Shown: positions 21,442 to 35,916 of the stretch, piece after piece | Numbering within the stretch: the stretch's first letter is position 1 | Layout of the letters: each line of letters begins with the position of its first letter | Source: Catajapyx aquilonaris | Taxonomy: Eukaryota | DNA: 52,844 bases | Direction: 5' to 3' | Assembly: GCA_000934665.2 (NCBI GenBank) | Contig: JYFJ02002678.1 | Span: 1-52,844, forward strand | The notes under the pieces: generated by a model | The model's input: the letters and a program-made list of their open reading frames with translations, nothing else | Told to the model about the DNA's origin: nothing | Databases searched by the model: none | Made by a program: the position numbers and the translations under genes

Positions 21442-23639
21442 CTCTTCTTCTTGGCCTTTGGTGGTGGCAGGTGGCCAACAGGTTGAGGAGGGGGCAATCT
21501 AGGCGTCACCTCTGCTGCATCTATCTTCATATTGCTACATTCTATTAGCATTTGGAAGGGCAGCTTGGAAGGGATGGCGCGTATGCAGATGTTTTGGGGA
21601 CAGAATTGGATCGTGCCCTCTCCTCTCTTTTGCGAAACCCTGCATCAGATTGATTTAACGCGGCTTGAATGTATTCATCTGGCGTATGTTAAAACACCTG
21701 GGCTTGACAGAGAAATTTTCTATCTTGTCTCCTCCTCTTTTCCTCCTAGACTTGTGTCAACAAGACGGGCAGACGATGAATAAGTATTACTTTCTGTCGG
21801 ATTATCGCCCTCTTTGTTACATATGGTCTTCATTGGAGCATAATATACTGCTGGAAGAATCAGCTGTTTTTTTCCTAAATAAAGACTGCAGCGAGACTTC
21901 CAATAGTCACATGTAATCGTGGCCGGGCCGTTGTTTTCCATTTTTGCGGAAGGTCTACAGGGTCTTCTTTGTGGTACATTGCGACAGTGCCTGTGTATAA
22001 ACAATGAAGGTAGCAAAGGTAGAAAACCGGCCTGAGACAATGTTATAGTTTTTTCGCGACGACACTGAACCGTTATATATATCACAGGGTACGTTACATT
22101 ATTCATAAGGGGAATTTCCAGGGGGTGTTAATAATAACTTAAGCTTGTACACGATGTGAAAGCACAGTTTTGACGTAATATTTTTATGAAAATTTTAGAT
22201 ATGCTTTTTAATATTTCGTGCACAAATAGCTCGTATTATGCCTAAATGAGTACTGTACATGCAGAGTAGAATAGGTACAGTTATAACTTTGTTATGAAAA
22301 TGTATGTAAATTTGTGTCAGTTCTTTTTTGTGCCCAACCGCAGGCCTAAAGGTGGATTATATTGCACTAGCTTGTTCACTCACCTGCAGTGAAACGTTTC
22401 AGCGCTTCCATGAGCCACAAAACTGATTCTTTTCCCGTAAGAATTACTTCCAGGTTATGGAACTTTGCACTCAAAACAGAGCCGGATAATAGCATTTCCT
22501 GATCTGTATCCCGCTTGTGACAGAAGGCTATATGCGTCATATCTCCAGAGAGAAATTTCGGTATACCGCATTATAAAATGTACGGTACTCTGACGGGTGA
22601 GAAAAATGGCCTTATTACTTTTGAAAGCCACTATATATATTAAATTTGCATAAAAATTTGTAAATTGTTAAGGAGCAATGGGCTTTCTCAGGTTTCTAAA
22701 TAAGCTACCGACACAAAAAATTGCAAAATATTTCATAAGCGATTGGTTGATTTTGCAGTACCTTCGTAGTAATCATATGCTGAATATATTAGAATCACAA
22801 ATCCTCTTTTGCAAATATTATATTCGACTTTTAATATTCATATAACCTCTGTTTTTATCAAGCCTCTGTGGGAACTGTGCCTCAAAGCGTGTTATGCAGA
22901 TTCTCAGATTTTTCAAAGTGACTAGATATTGCATCTTGGCTGTAAGCAGCGTGTATACATTGTACAGTAACTTCTATGCAGTTACAGTACAAGAATACTG
23001 ACAGCGATGTGAATACAGGCAAGCACTTCCACATTCTCTCAGTATACTGTACACGTATTCCCAGGCAAAAGAATTTATGAAATTCCAAGTTGCTGCTATA
23101 CTATATAGTCCATCGGACACTGTGTTGCCAATGCAAGCATATAGCTACTAAAAACAAACGGAATCTCGATGGAAAAAATTACGCTACTGCATTGTTCTTG
23201 AATACTCTCCATGCAAACTCATGGTACGTTGTACTGTAAGCTCGGCACGAGGCAGCACAAAGGCATGATTTGCATTATTATCATATGTCTCAAAACCATT
23301 CCCCTAGGCCTCTCAGTTACGCTAATCACATGAACAAAATACAACCATGCACGTGATTTAGAATCCACACTTTAACGGGCCGTGGTGATAAATTCAGGAA
23401 GGACATGTCCTTAAGGATACTTTTGTTTGGTCCCACTGCAAGATTTTCAATGAACAGTATTTTTGTCGCATAAAACGGAATCTTGTTCACCCCGGACTAT
23501 TTTTCCGGAACGGAGAGAGTCCACTTGTCGCCCGTTTGTCTGTACTAAAAACAATGGCTTAACCTTTGAGAACTATTTGTTGAACATAATAATAGGAAAG
23601 AAAACGTTTTCAGTGCAAAATAATAATAATAATAATTAT

Positions 23640-23990
23640 TTTTTTTATTTATTTTACCCCGTGATGTCCACTACGGGAGCTATAGGGGGGGGGGTGGCAT
23701 ACCACCATCAGTTTTCTGTATATATTTTCACTTCATTCTCCGGTGCAAGGAAACAGGGACAATGGGAAATGATAGGGATTTTTGGGGAGGGAACATGGGT
23801 CCAAGGTGCAATGTCGTAGCTATGGGTCATATGCTGTTCCCCAGGAGGTTAGGTTGCCAGACACTTCAAAGGTGCAGGTCAGAGACCCTCCTGACGCAGG
23901 TGAAAGGAAAGTTCCCCAGGCGTGGATCGAACCTGGGGCCTTTCACTCAGCAAGCCGAGACGTTACCATCTCGGCCACCACACCTCCCCC
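23640..23990 (-). mobile_element. tRNA-derived SINE, family D
   Basis: Head GGGGGAGGTGTGGTGGCCGAGATGG with B box GGTTCGATCCA. The 3' end reads ..CATCACGGGGTAAAATAAATAAAA. Possible TSD AATAATTAT at 23631 and 23993. Confidence 0.82.
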
Positions 23991-26854
23991 AAAATAATTA
24001 TGTACAGTAGGATTAAATCGTGATAACTGTATCATTGAACCGCGTTTGCAGTGAAGGCCTTGCAACAATTTTTTATGTTAAAATCTCAATTTTCGCTACA
24101 TGAAAATATCAGTGTTACGGTTAATAATAATAATCAATCCTTGTCTCTGAAGAGTTCTGCTACGTGTCATACAGTAGTTCTACAGAGTTACTACTCCTCA
24201 GAATTATTAGTTTGGGTACAAAACTCATTAGGGTTATTTGTTTTGACGGAAATATTTAAGGAGACAATTTTGTTATCAGTGAATGGAACACTTTAAGCAA
24301 TTTACGAGACTCACTTCATTGAAAGAACAATTTATTATAAGTTGTGAGGGTGATTATCATCGTCGCGGTCGTTCTTTATAGCTCAGAACAGGAGTGGTGG
24401 TCGTATGGTGCAGCAGTAGGTGAATGTTGCTCCCTTTGGCGCAATCATAAAGCATGAAACGATATCTTCTGATCAGCAGTCCACCTTGCCCCTGGCATTC
24501 TCGTCGGTGAGAAATGAGGCATACTATTAACCCAGTTTTACTGTAATACAATCAGAATTTTCTTTTCTGCCCACGTTTTTTTGCCCCTTGTCAATGACAA
24601 ACTATATATACTGCATACGTAATGACGCACTTTGAGTGCTAGTTCGTTCTAAAATGGCAATCTACCTAGATCTGTCCCTAATGAATTTGCATGCGCGTGA
24701 AGGTGGCATAGTGCAAAGTGAGCGACAGCAATATTGTAATGGAGAGGAACCGTCAAGAACTGGATTATCCAGTTCGATGATCAAGCTGCACCCACACTCG
24801 GACCGGCTATAAAACTGCCACAATCTCATTAGTTGACAGATGCCAACCTCCTTGATTGCATGTGCTGTAACCTGGTATTAGTTGAGACTCTACCCTCAAG
24901 GGCTACCATATCGCGCAAAATGATTAAAACAATTTTGCATCTGAACCAAAATTAAAACTGGTTTCAATATTTGATATAAACTCGGCTGTCAAATGCGAGC
25001 TGAGTTTATAGGTTAGAGTTAGGATGAAGCCAAGGGCGAAAAGTCTCTAATATCTTCCTAAGGACACGGATTACGCAGGATAATGCAGGGGGTAATGCAT
25101 GAATGTAGAACTGGCAGCATTACGAATGCGATGAGGAAGAGGCCTATAGGAGCGAGGAGGAAAAATGAGGTCGGGTTTATCTAGAATCTCCGCCAGATTA
25201 CCATACCGTCTGATTCAAATAAAAATGCTTTGACATTTTAAGTCGTAGGACGGTGTTGTTCGCCTCAAAGTCAGCGGCCTACTTCAAACACTTGACTGAA
25301 AGATACAAATGTCCAGGTAAACACGTGCGCTTGATGACGCCAGTAAGGGATAATTTTATTTTCATGTCCTGTCTCTGGGAATGACGATTGCAAACGACTT
25401 TACTGACAGCGGTATTACATTGGTAAATATGCATGAGGTCAGTCCTCCCTAATTTGGTCGATGATTTAAAAATATGAGATTGATGTATGCTTTCACAGGT
25501 TCATTTTTGCTGCTTTTTCCCTGCCCTTAATTTCTTTTGGTTGTGCACATTTTTAATGGCGGGGTTCACTCGCAGATATTGATGCGGAATAATCAAGAGG
25601 AGGGAATTTTTGGTGCTAATAAGGGTTCGCGACAAATTTTTAATGGACTTGCTATTATGGAGTTGATTAGACCACATCTGTGCTGCAAAGGTAATTTTGT
25701 CATTATTCTCTCTGCAATAGGTCTGACTTGCGAGTGTAAAAGCAGTTTGAGCATCAAACAGGATAAACCTGTTCTTTCAGATTCCTCTCTATAAGCTGTT
25801 GTTCAATTTGTAGGTACTGAGTTTTTGGATTGGAATAGACAAATTAATTAGCCATAAATGTGGGGTCAATATTGTTCTCACAAACAAATGCGTATTATAG
25901 GAGTAAATTATTTAGGCCTTGATATCTTTGGGATATATCCTTTCAGGTGATTATCATGATTTCACCTCCGTTACGTGTAGACTATAAGTAGCCTATGGCA
26001 ATTTCCGTTCCATTACTCACGTGAATGAAATTATAAATGCTGATTTCCAACCAACATATCTGGAATTTAAGTATGGATTTGAATTTGCACCATTTTTATT
26101 CTTCCTCTAATATTACTTATAGGGATATGCAAATTAATCACCTATTCAGCTATATTAACATTCAATAATATTCTATATTTCGAACCTATAACACAATTAG
26201 GAAAATTTGACTTTATTACGGAATTTAGGAAGGGGTGTTCTGAGAGTACTTTGAAGTACTTGGAAAGGTTTTTGTCTACCGCTACGGCCACCGCCCATAT
26301 TGAAGTAAATACATCTGAGAGTATGAACCGCCCCAGTAGGAAACAATATACGAGTTACGTGCTTTTTTGTGGCGTATGGCGCCACCCACCTACCCAGGTT
26401 TGAACTGGCGCGACGTGAATTGGGACTGTGTTTTGGACCAGTACATGTCTAGAGTGATGCAACAGATAGGAAACGATGGGGCAGTGAAAGCCGCCCACCG
26501 GAACCAAAGGCCCCAGCCCTTGGTGATGTAGTGATAGCTACTACCAGCTTTATCTACCTGCAACATCGCTCGAGTTTCCAGTACGGAGACTCGATTCCGT
26601 TTGGACAATGTGAACAAAAACCTGTTGTACGAGTTTTCACTTTCGGCCAATTTAGCCATATGCGACTTTTCACCCTCCCCCAGACCCTCTCCCTACTTGA
26701 TACATAATGGTAACTAGGAAATGCTTGTGATAGGAGGTGTTTTCTGTTGATTTCTATACGGAAAGCGTGTCACAGTTACATAACAAAGTCAAATATTTTG
26801 GATTTTTTAAACAAGATCAAATTCTGAAATGATAAAAACAAATTGTTGGAAATT

Positions 26855-27101
26855 GGGTCACCTCTGGCTTCGGCTCGGGTGGTATTTCCTACAGACTAAA
26901 CCACCCGGGGGAGTTCATTAAAAATGGCCACAGCGTCAGATTCACTGCACTTTGCACATCCCCTCCTGTCAATCTGCCCGTGGGCCCGGGCGCTTCAAAA
27001 ATAGGGTTCCCAAAAATTGTACACCATCTAAATAAAGGTCTGGCAGAAGGCCCCTTTGGGGCTAGCCGAATACCCAATCAATTATTATTAAAATTATTAT
27101 T
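26855..27101 (+). mobile_element. SINE family A, 5'-truncated
   Basis: Starts mid-body (GGGTCACCTCTGGCTTCG) and ends in an ATT tail. 15-bp TSD AAATTGTTGGAAATT at 26840-26854 and 27102-27116. Confidence 0.92.
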
Positions 27102-27722
27102 AAATTGTTGGAAATTATTCAGTAGGGCCTAAAATAATTTACTTAAATTCCTCGTTCGCCAGACTCGAAAGTTAAGTAAAAGATAACAATATGTATTACG
27201 AAATAATAGAGGTCAAATCACTACCATGATTGTTGATTTTATGAAAATATCATGATGCTCTGTTATTCGAGTTATTCCACATTGTTGCTCATGTGGTTTA
27301 TACGCCATAGGGCTGGGTGTGGTAATAGCACCCTTGAATCTGTCTGAGGGATGAATGACCTACATTGATTTCTAGCTGTTTTGAAAGTTTAGGGTGACCC
27401 TGATTATGCAGGAGGATGAAATGTTGACCTTTTTGCAATCTGAAGATCACTCCTGTCTCAGGGTTGAGCATTCACCCCATGTTGTTCCAGAGTATTCGGC
27501 ATGCAAATTGTCCTTGACTTGCCGAGAATTACGAAATTTGGTGCTCAACTTTGTAGGTAATGGTTCAAGTTGCACCACACCATTGGGCTTATCTATACTC
27601 AACCAAACATAAACAAGCAGGAAATACTACATAACTTATGCAATAAAGATAACATAATGTAACCCAGTGTAGTTACTATTACGTACCCCGACCACAACCA
27701 CTTCTACTGATGTTCTGCTACG

Positions 27723-27730
27723 CAACAACA

Positions 27731-27821
<91 letters not shown>
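27723..27821. repeat. Compound microsatellite (CAA)n(CTA)n(ATA)n
   Basis: Read directly from the sequence. Confidence 0.95.
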
Positions 27822-27822
<1 letters not shown>

Positions 27823-30467
27823 CTGGCTAACTTTTGCCTTTTACTCTCGTAGTTGATAAATATTCAGTATAATTAGGTCTATTTAGTTTTTTTTCATTTA
27901 ACCAGACTGACACACTAGTATATACCATATAAATGTATAGGCGAAAATAAAAATTTATCAATGTAAATAATGTTCACCTGATGTATTATTGAAGTTGTTT
28001 ATATGTGCCCATCCAAAGACAGGATGTTAGGCAACATGTCTCTTAACCTATTTAAAGCAAAACAATAGCGGCCCTATTAAAGAGTACTTTAAGTTCACCG
28101 CACAATTCATTAATCGATGTAGGTGAATGACTGATTCATGTGTTGCAGACAGGGGTAAAGTTCAGTGTGTCATTAACGCGAATGCACAATAAAACACTTT
28201 ATTGCAGCGTTGAACTTCTTGTCGCAACAAACACATCTTATCAATAGGTGTACGGATTTTATGAGACACTTTTTGAGGGTCGTAAAAGCGCATACGAAAT
28301 TGAACAAAAAAGGTGCACCAAAAGTCTGACCCTTATTTGAAAGCCGAGCATTACAATCCGATTTACGAACCTATAAATGAGGAATATATCAAGGTGACCT
28401 CGGCGCCTATAAAAGTTACATAGAAGCCAATGTACGTAAGATCATTTTATATTGTGGAACCCGTCTGTAAGGTTGTCACTCCGTTCTGCCAAACTTGTCT
28501 TTTATATGCCACAGAAATGCATTAAATATTCTGCATCAGAACCGAACAAAATTTTGGAAATTGACAAAATTCTGCTACAGTTTCATCGAATTTATAATTC
28601 GTAATTTTTTCAATTCCAGTCAGCTTCAATATTTATTCAAAAAATGCACACATTTTCACAAGCCCATGCAAATCTGCTAGCAATTATGATTTTCATCAGT
28701 TAAATGAAATTTCATAAGGGGCTCGAAATGAAGAAAATAATGTGGCTTCTACGATTACGTGAAATTCAGATTGAATAATTCATGATCTCTAATGGATCAT
28801 GCTGGCTCCTGCAAGTTTTTGACCTCACAAAATAATTGTGAAAGAGTATTGATCACCAGGAAGGCGAAAGGGAGGACTGGTTGCATTTACACCGGAAATA
28901 TGGCAGTCTTCAAGTTGTTGGCAAACTTTTAGGTCCTACTAACGCCAGAGACCAACATGCTTGTGGAAAGAACATTTTTATGTCAGACTCTTCGAACTAA
29001 TTACTGAGTAGGGGATCGTTACCAGAAGCCGGTACCCCCCCCCCCCCCCATAGTGTATAGTTTAGGCCGCCTTCCTTTCATCATAGAAAATGGAATTGCC
29101 AACCGTTCTCTTACAATACCTGAGATCCAGTCGTTATACGATATATTTTCACATTTTTTTCCCTCCTACTTTACTTTCATTAGAGTTTGCATTCTTTATC
29201 GATTAAAACTCCGGCATGTTATATCAGAGAGGGCAGGCATAAATAATAGTACTTCATGTAATACAAGGTAAGGATATTTTGCGAAGGAGTGCCCAGGAAT
29301 CTGCTACTTGGTATTGTTGCAACATTCCACCGCCCTTCTTTTTTTGTGGTGCATAAAACCCACTATTATGAAAATGCGTTATGAATCCAGGCTGCAACTT
29401 GTTAATGAAATTCCTTGTCAGAATATTGAGGTGAATTTTACGAGCCTCGTTACTAGTTTCCCGCGTGCAATAGGGTGTTCGCACCTTGAGATAATTGGAG
29501 GAGTCCTTTGATTCTGCGTGGCAAACCGTGACTGACAGCCAGGAAAAGCCCGCCTAGGTGTTTGCTTTTGGGGCCTGTAAAATTGCGAATGAGATATGGC
29601 AACACGTTCCGCTTCTTGTGGCAATGTTTGATTTGCGTCCAGCACACACACAAAAAAGCCTCATTATGAAAGCACAACAAGATCTGGACGCGCGCACCCC
29701 AAACTTTTCCTCCTGAATAATCATCACGGGTTGCTAAACAATTTTCCTCCCACCACTTTTTTTGCACAAACGAGAGTGAAAGCTCGATATTTGCCGTTTT
29801 TAGAATACATAATGCGGCTTTCACTCTCAAAGTGCCTTGTGAAGGTCGAACGTTGCGACATTCCCTAACACTGCTTCTATGAAGAATAAAAAAAAAAAAT
29901 GCAAATTGATAACGCCCGCCCTACCTACCTATATACCTAGTAAGTCCTACATTCAAAAAGTGCACCTGAAAAGTAAAAGTGAACTGAAAAAAAACGAGCA
30001 TCGACTGGAAATTACGTCCTCCCGCTAGATGGCATGGTTGTACATAAAGAACATGGGGTACCATTAAACCAAGGGGGTGGTCATAAAATTGAGTAATTCG
30101 AGGCGTGTGTGCGGTATAGGGACATGAATGGAGGTGGTGGGGAGTAAGTATTCCTATTAGGAAAACCGTCCATTCCAGAATAGTTCTGAAAAAAGTCCCC
30201 TTTGGGAGACGTGATGGTAGTCAAAAGCAGCTCTCGCCATTGGGTTCGACTTTTTTTCTGCTCTTCTTAGGTATTTTTTCCTTCCCAAAAAAGGAAGGAA
30301 TCGGGGCCATTCACATGAAGGGCTGGAAATACCGTACATAGGAAGAAAAATAAAGAATAAAGAGGTCGGCCCTTGGGCGAGAAAGTGGAGCGTGTCCATT
30401 TCATTGGGACGGTTGCCAGGGGTGATTGCGACTACAAAAAAAAGGAAGAGTCAAAAAAATAGACAAC

Positions 30468-30519
30468 AATGCGGGCTGGAATATCAGGTAGTATCCTACC
30501 TGCTATTCCAGCCCGCATT
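30468..30519. repeat. 52-bp near-perfect hairpin
   Basis: AATGCGGGCTGGAATA-t-CAGGTAG, loop TATC, CTACCTG-c-TATTCCAGCCCGCATT. The 24-bp arms have one mismatch. Confidence 0.85.
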
Positions 30520-33500
30520 ACAGCTGAATGAGAGTCCTTTTACTAAAACGGAGTGCTAGCTGGACATATCAAAGCAGAACGTGAATCAGCAGCACTTAAC
30601 ACGGATTTACTGACAATTGTCACTCTAGCCGAGATTTACGTCGCGGTCACGTATAAACCTTGTCCATAGGAAGACAGTGGGTGCTGAGATCGATAGAGGG
30701 TGCGGGGAATCAAAGGTGTGACCACATGCAAACCCGCCTCAAAGCATCCCATCCCGTATCATGAAATGGCTGAGCGGATCGGGACGTTTTCCCACGGCCC
30801 GTGCTTTCCTAAAATCAAGCAAACGCCAGACCGGAATGCAAATACGTATTTTTCCAGGCAGAGTGGCTGCGGTTTGGGACCAAATCGCACAGGGAGTAGG
30901 AGAGCAAGCTTGCCTACGGATCAAGCGGAAAATGGCCGCTTCTCGCCTGGTTATAAGTGCCTGGGCCGGGTCAACTCGGTGGCTTAATCGACGCTTTCAC
31001 ACTTGTGCAAAGGGGGGTTGCTTCCGACCACATTGCAGGAGTGTGACAAAGGGGACAGATTAGGATGCTAAAGAAGAGATTAAGGGGAAGGATGCGGCCA
31101 TCTTCAGCAGGATTTGACCTACTTGTCTTGTCACTTGTGATTGGGCTTAGACAATGCCGTCATTGCCAGAGTTATAAAGTAAAGGGTTGCCATGTCCAAA
31201 GGCAGACTTTCTCTGACAAGTGAGTGCAAGATAGTAGTCAGCTATCTTAACTATAGTCGCTGCACGATAGATATGGACTGCTCAATTCAGCCCTCTCTGC
31301 CACCTCCATGTGTAGACTTTTAACAATGGAAATCTAGTCAGCGTGGGGCTTCGTTATTCACTAAGAATAGTCTACTGATCTAAGCAGTAAACATGAAGCA
31401 AACTCGAACGATTTACACCTTTGGAAATATCAACATTATCGTCTATATATATACGATCACAAACTGCAAACTCCATGGATAGAACATTATGACAAGAACT
31501 TTCTCCATCGCCTCCAAGTCTAGAGTTAACGTGTATCAACTATCAAATGAGCCATAATTCTCCCTCAATGTAATAATGCCTTCTTATACGTACAGAAAAA
31601 TGGCCTAGTCAGTTGACTACCCAAGGTAATCAACTGACCACTCAATTTTTCTGAGTTTAGCAATAAATTATGCGTCTTAATTTTAATGTGGTAGATAGGT
31701 GTGGATGAGATTACTCGAGACGCGGAAATTTAGCCTTACCCTTGGTCCACTTTGCCATGAGATATAGGAAGTCCTTGGATCGGATGCATGACATTTCCGG
31801 AGATCCAATTCCCTGCCGGAGATTTTGGCCTGACGTGTTTCTGAGATATGTCGATGATATGTTGAAAACGATTTGCGTACCAAGCAGCAAGGATGAGGAA
31901 GGAGGCGGGTTATAATACTTGCAGAGTCACGACGTGATTAAGGCTACTTGAAAGTGCCTAATGAAGGTGGAGAACCGCAAGTTTGTACATAATAAAAGGT
32001 CTCAAGTCGGATTCCAAGCAAGGACCTTTCCACTCTGCTGGCAGGTGTTATTAATTTATAAGAATATTCAGGGCCACATTTTGTGTCCTAATTTCCCCAA
32101 GTGCAATTTATTATGGCACTTGTAATCTTTAATTATTAATGTAATTTTGTGCATATCCGTGAGTTATAGCAAAAAATGTACACCTGGTATAATTCCAACA
32201 CATGTTTTGACTCGCATGCGAAACTTAGGTATAATAGCATCTGGGATTAGAGAATTAATTTCTCTGCAAGCTAAAAAAAGTCTCGCAACAACCAGAGCTC
32301 GTCAGTTGGGAACTCACCTTTAGGCTTATGAATTTTTTCTGTAGATGTCACGACCCTTTCCTTTGATATTTTTGGCCTGCGTGGATTAATTTGTGGACTT
32401 TCCAGTTGTAACTTTCAACATCTGGATTACAGTTTTCCTAACTAAGCAAACAGTTGTACAAGTACAAGTAATTATGAGACGCTATTATTGCGAGTAGGCA
32501 ACTATATACGCTACAGGTATGCTATTATATGAGTAGACTAGATCGCTCTAGATATAATATTACCTTTGTTTGCATAAATTATGTTTCTCGAGCCTGAAAA
32601 TCAGGTGTTTGTCCAAAAAGTGTTTCCTGTAAAAAGGAATGCACCAGTGGAAACTGTTTTGCATTCAATCTCTGTAATAAACAAGCTGCCCCTTCTTCTA
32701 TGAGCCATGTGACACTTGTTAGCAAGTTCGCCGGACTAACATACAGATCTTATTTCAGAACAGAACCTATACCTATTGCTACGGCTGACGTCACAGGAGG
32801 TCATAAATTCACGCAAAGTAAAACAGACATTATCTTTGCTCTGCTTGACGCAAGCCCTCGAAGTGTGTCAGGACTCTCGGTCAAAGTTACATAACCGGCT
32901 TATTTTTTTGTGATGAGTAAGGCTTAAAGGCTACAGCAAATTGCTAGTATTGGCAGTATGAGTCGCAGTGGCACCTTATAAGTACAAGGTTATGTGCTCA
33001 GCAGGGAGACTAGATATCCTATTTTTTATTATTATTTATATCTATCATATCTTTAGGCAAAATGCACAAATCAAGGGCGTAAATAAAATTATACCAACAG
33101 CAACATTGACCGAAGCGAGTTTTTGGTGAAACCTTCTTTGAATTACTGATTTTGATGAGAACCTGTGCGACAGCCCTTGAGAAACGTGACATCTTTGTGG
33201 TGAGTAGGTCACAGTAACATGCAAGAGACAGTTGTTAATAGGGTGATCTTGGGAATGTCAATCTGGAAGGGGCTTTCAAGGGCATCAAATTAGCGTTTAC
33301 GATACTACAGGGTGGTCCATTAAAAAGTGCCGATTGTTAGGGCTATTTGTCGACATTTAGCAGCTTATTTTAGCAGTTGCATAGTTACTTTTAATGGTCA
33401 TCAAAAGAATTATCTACAAATATTATGCCTAACTGAATCATCCATTCAAGATCTGAATGATCTAAGATTGGTAATTTAAATCCATGTGATGCAGTATTGG

Positions 33501-33928
33501 AGATGTCTCCAAATACATGACAAAGGGAATTTTAGGTTTTGGTTTGCTTATCGTACAGTAGGGCCTACTTCTTGAAGTTTTTCTCACAAGATTATTTTGT
33601 CCTTCATTTTACTTGCTTGGGAGATGTGGCCTGAAACACTTTAATTCCAAGTGACACCATTTAGCCAATAGAGAAGGCTGATGTTACAGTGTCTGTGGTT
33701 CAGGTAAATTTAACAAAACAATAACCTGTTTACAGAACCCTTGACTGTAACATACAATGAAACTCCTCCATTCATAAGTTTAAATGTGTTGATGGCAAAT
33801 GAAAAAAAAAGTGAGTTCGTGTTGAATCGACTTCTGCAACTATTTGGATGAGTTTTAGGCAATGTGTCAATATCATAAGTCCATCTTGTTCACACGTAGT
33901 TCCTTATTGCTATAGCTATCATTACCTA

Positions 33929-34371
33929 TAGGGTGTATCTGTACTCAGTACACAGACGTATATGACTGTCTTCCTAGGCACCAGATGATCAACTTATGTA
34001 GAGGAGTCATTATGTCTGGGCCGCCTCATTACTGAGATAATTGCCATCAAACATGTAATACAAAATATCCTGTCGGTTAGGCCACCCATCGAACCCTCCC
34101 CAAGTCAGAAGGATTAATGGTGATTATGATTGCACGTGTGTTGTGGTTTGTAATTTCAATTTGTTCTGAATGTCGCTGATAATTTTGAAGAGCACTGGCA
34201 CTTTCACTGCTATTTACAAATCACTCTTTAGGCAAATCGCTAACTATCAGGTGGGTCAATTATCTCAGTAATGAAGCGGCCCAGACATAACGACTCCTCT
34301 ACATAAGTTGCTCCTCTGGTGCCTAGGAAGACAGTCATATACGTCTGTGTAATGAGTACAGATACACCATG
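33929..34371. mobile_element. Tc1/mariner-type MITE with ~115-bp TIRs and TA flanks
   Basis: 33932-34043 is the reverse complement of 34257-34368 with a few mismatches. The termini TA|TAGGGTG ... CACCATG|TA are decayed forms of TA-CAGGGTG/CACCCTG-TA. Confidence 0.85.
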
Positions 34372-35916
34372 TATATCCACTACATCTCTGCCTGCATGCA
34401 TTAATGATCTTAATGACGCAGGGAAAAGGAGGATGAAATCATGCTTGGCCACAAGGACGCAAGTTATTCTTTGCAGATTCCACCGTCCTGACAAATGGAG
34501 GGAGCATCTTAATACTTGTATTACCGGGCACGTATACTATATTGGGAATTATACGCCTGGTTGTATAAATGTATATGAACAGGAGTTAAGTTTGTTTGCA
34601 TAAAGACTAATTCCATTGTTATCCTTTCAAACAACAGCCGCAACGCTGGGCCTTTACGTAGCTGTATCTATCAATATATTGTGCTCATTTTCACGATGTA
34701 CTCGTAGTAACAGTCCTCTTTGGTTATACGGCACAATCCTATGTGACAATGCATTCTCCTTGCCGTGCTATTTTCTGAACAAGGTCAGACCTCTTTCTTA
34801 TCGGGTGGAAAGTCATATTTACCCAATGTGACCAAGCAACGAGGAATCAGGAAAGGAAGACTGCTCAAACTGACTGTGAGTGCTGTACAGCACAAACCTT
34901 AGAAGGGGAAGGACGGTTTTGTACGATAGTGAGAGGAAACGGAGAATCCCGATTAATCTCACTCGAACCAGTGTGTGGTGGGCATAACCGTGACCTGTTG
35001 CAAACTACCTCCTGCACACTAGTGGATAATCACCATGAACGAAGAAGATTTGGCCAATAACCCGAAGGTATACTACAGGTATGCTCATATTCGTTTTAAA
35101 CAAATGTGACTCTTATGCACACCTTGGGCATTCAAAATGAGAACTTTCGAGAATATTTCTTTGGGCAGGTTCAATCAAGCAATTTTTGGCTATTAACACG
35201 TTTAGGACTTATGAAAGCTCTCAAGAGACAATATACAGTAAGGTCCCAGATCTTCCCGGATACCTCCTGGGTTTCTGGCTCATTTTATAATAGGTGATAT
35301 GTTTCACGCGTGATTATTATCGCACCTGCGGGCTTTGACGTTTGACCTTTTGACTCCAATGCATTAAAAATTACTGTAGTTGTCCCACAAGATGTGACAA
35401 CAAAACAGGAGGCAATTTGAGGAAGCAACAATATAACATTCATCTGTAGTTGCCCGAAGTGAGATCTCGAATGTGATCCACCAAAAATGAAGTACCGGTA
35501 CCAAGTGTTTTAGAGTAGGCCTATCTATGATGGGATTTTAAAAGATAGACAACTCGGAATATTTTGAATACAGAGTAGTACATCCCAGCATATGTTTACT
35601 GTATTACCGAATGCTTGAACTAGACCACTTCAGGGCTGAATATACGATAACACTGAGGTCAAATTTCACTTTTTGGATAGTTTTAGAACTTTAGAAGTAA
35701 GCTGACGGTTGGCAAAAACACACTTTTTATGAGCCTGGTCTTTTAATATGCAATTACTTGTAAAAGCCATGTGAAGAGCCCACGGTGCCCGGCTACTTGT
35801 TATCTCAGCTTACGATGAAAACTCAAGTGAAACTGTGTGCTTGTGTAGCAAGCGAAATACTTGGCAAAATATTTGGGCTGATGTCTAAACCCAGTACCGT
35901 GATTTCCGGCCGTCCA

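Noticed and set aside
24757..24840. 19-bp palindrome GAACTGGAT-T-ATCCAGTTC next to TATAAAA as a promoter
   Set aside because: No downstream exon or ORF could be identified, so it may be chance.
31608..31638. Small hairpin GTCAGTTGACTACC-caa-GGTAATCAACTGAC
   Set aside because: It is too short and isolated to assign a function.
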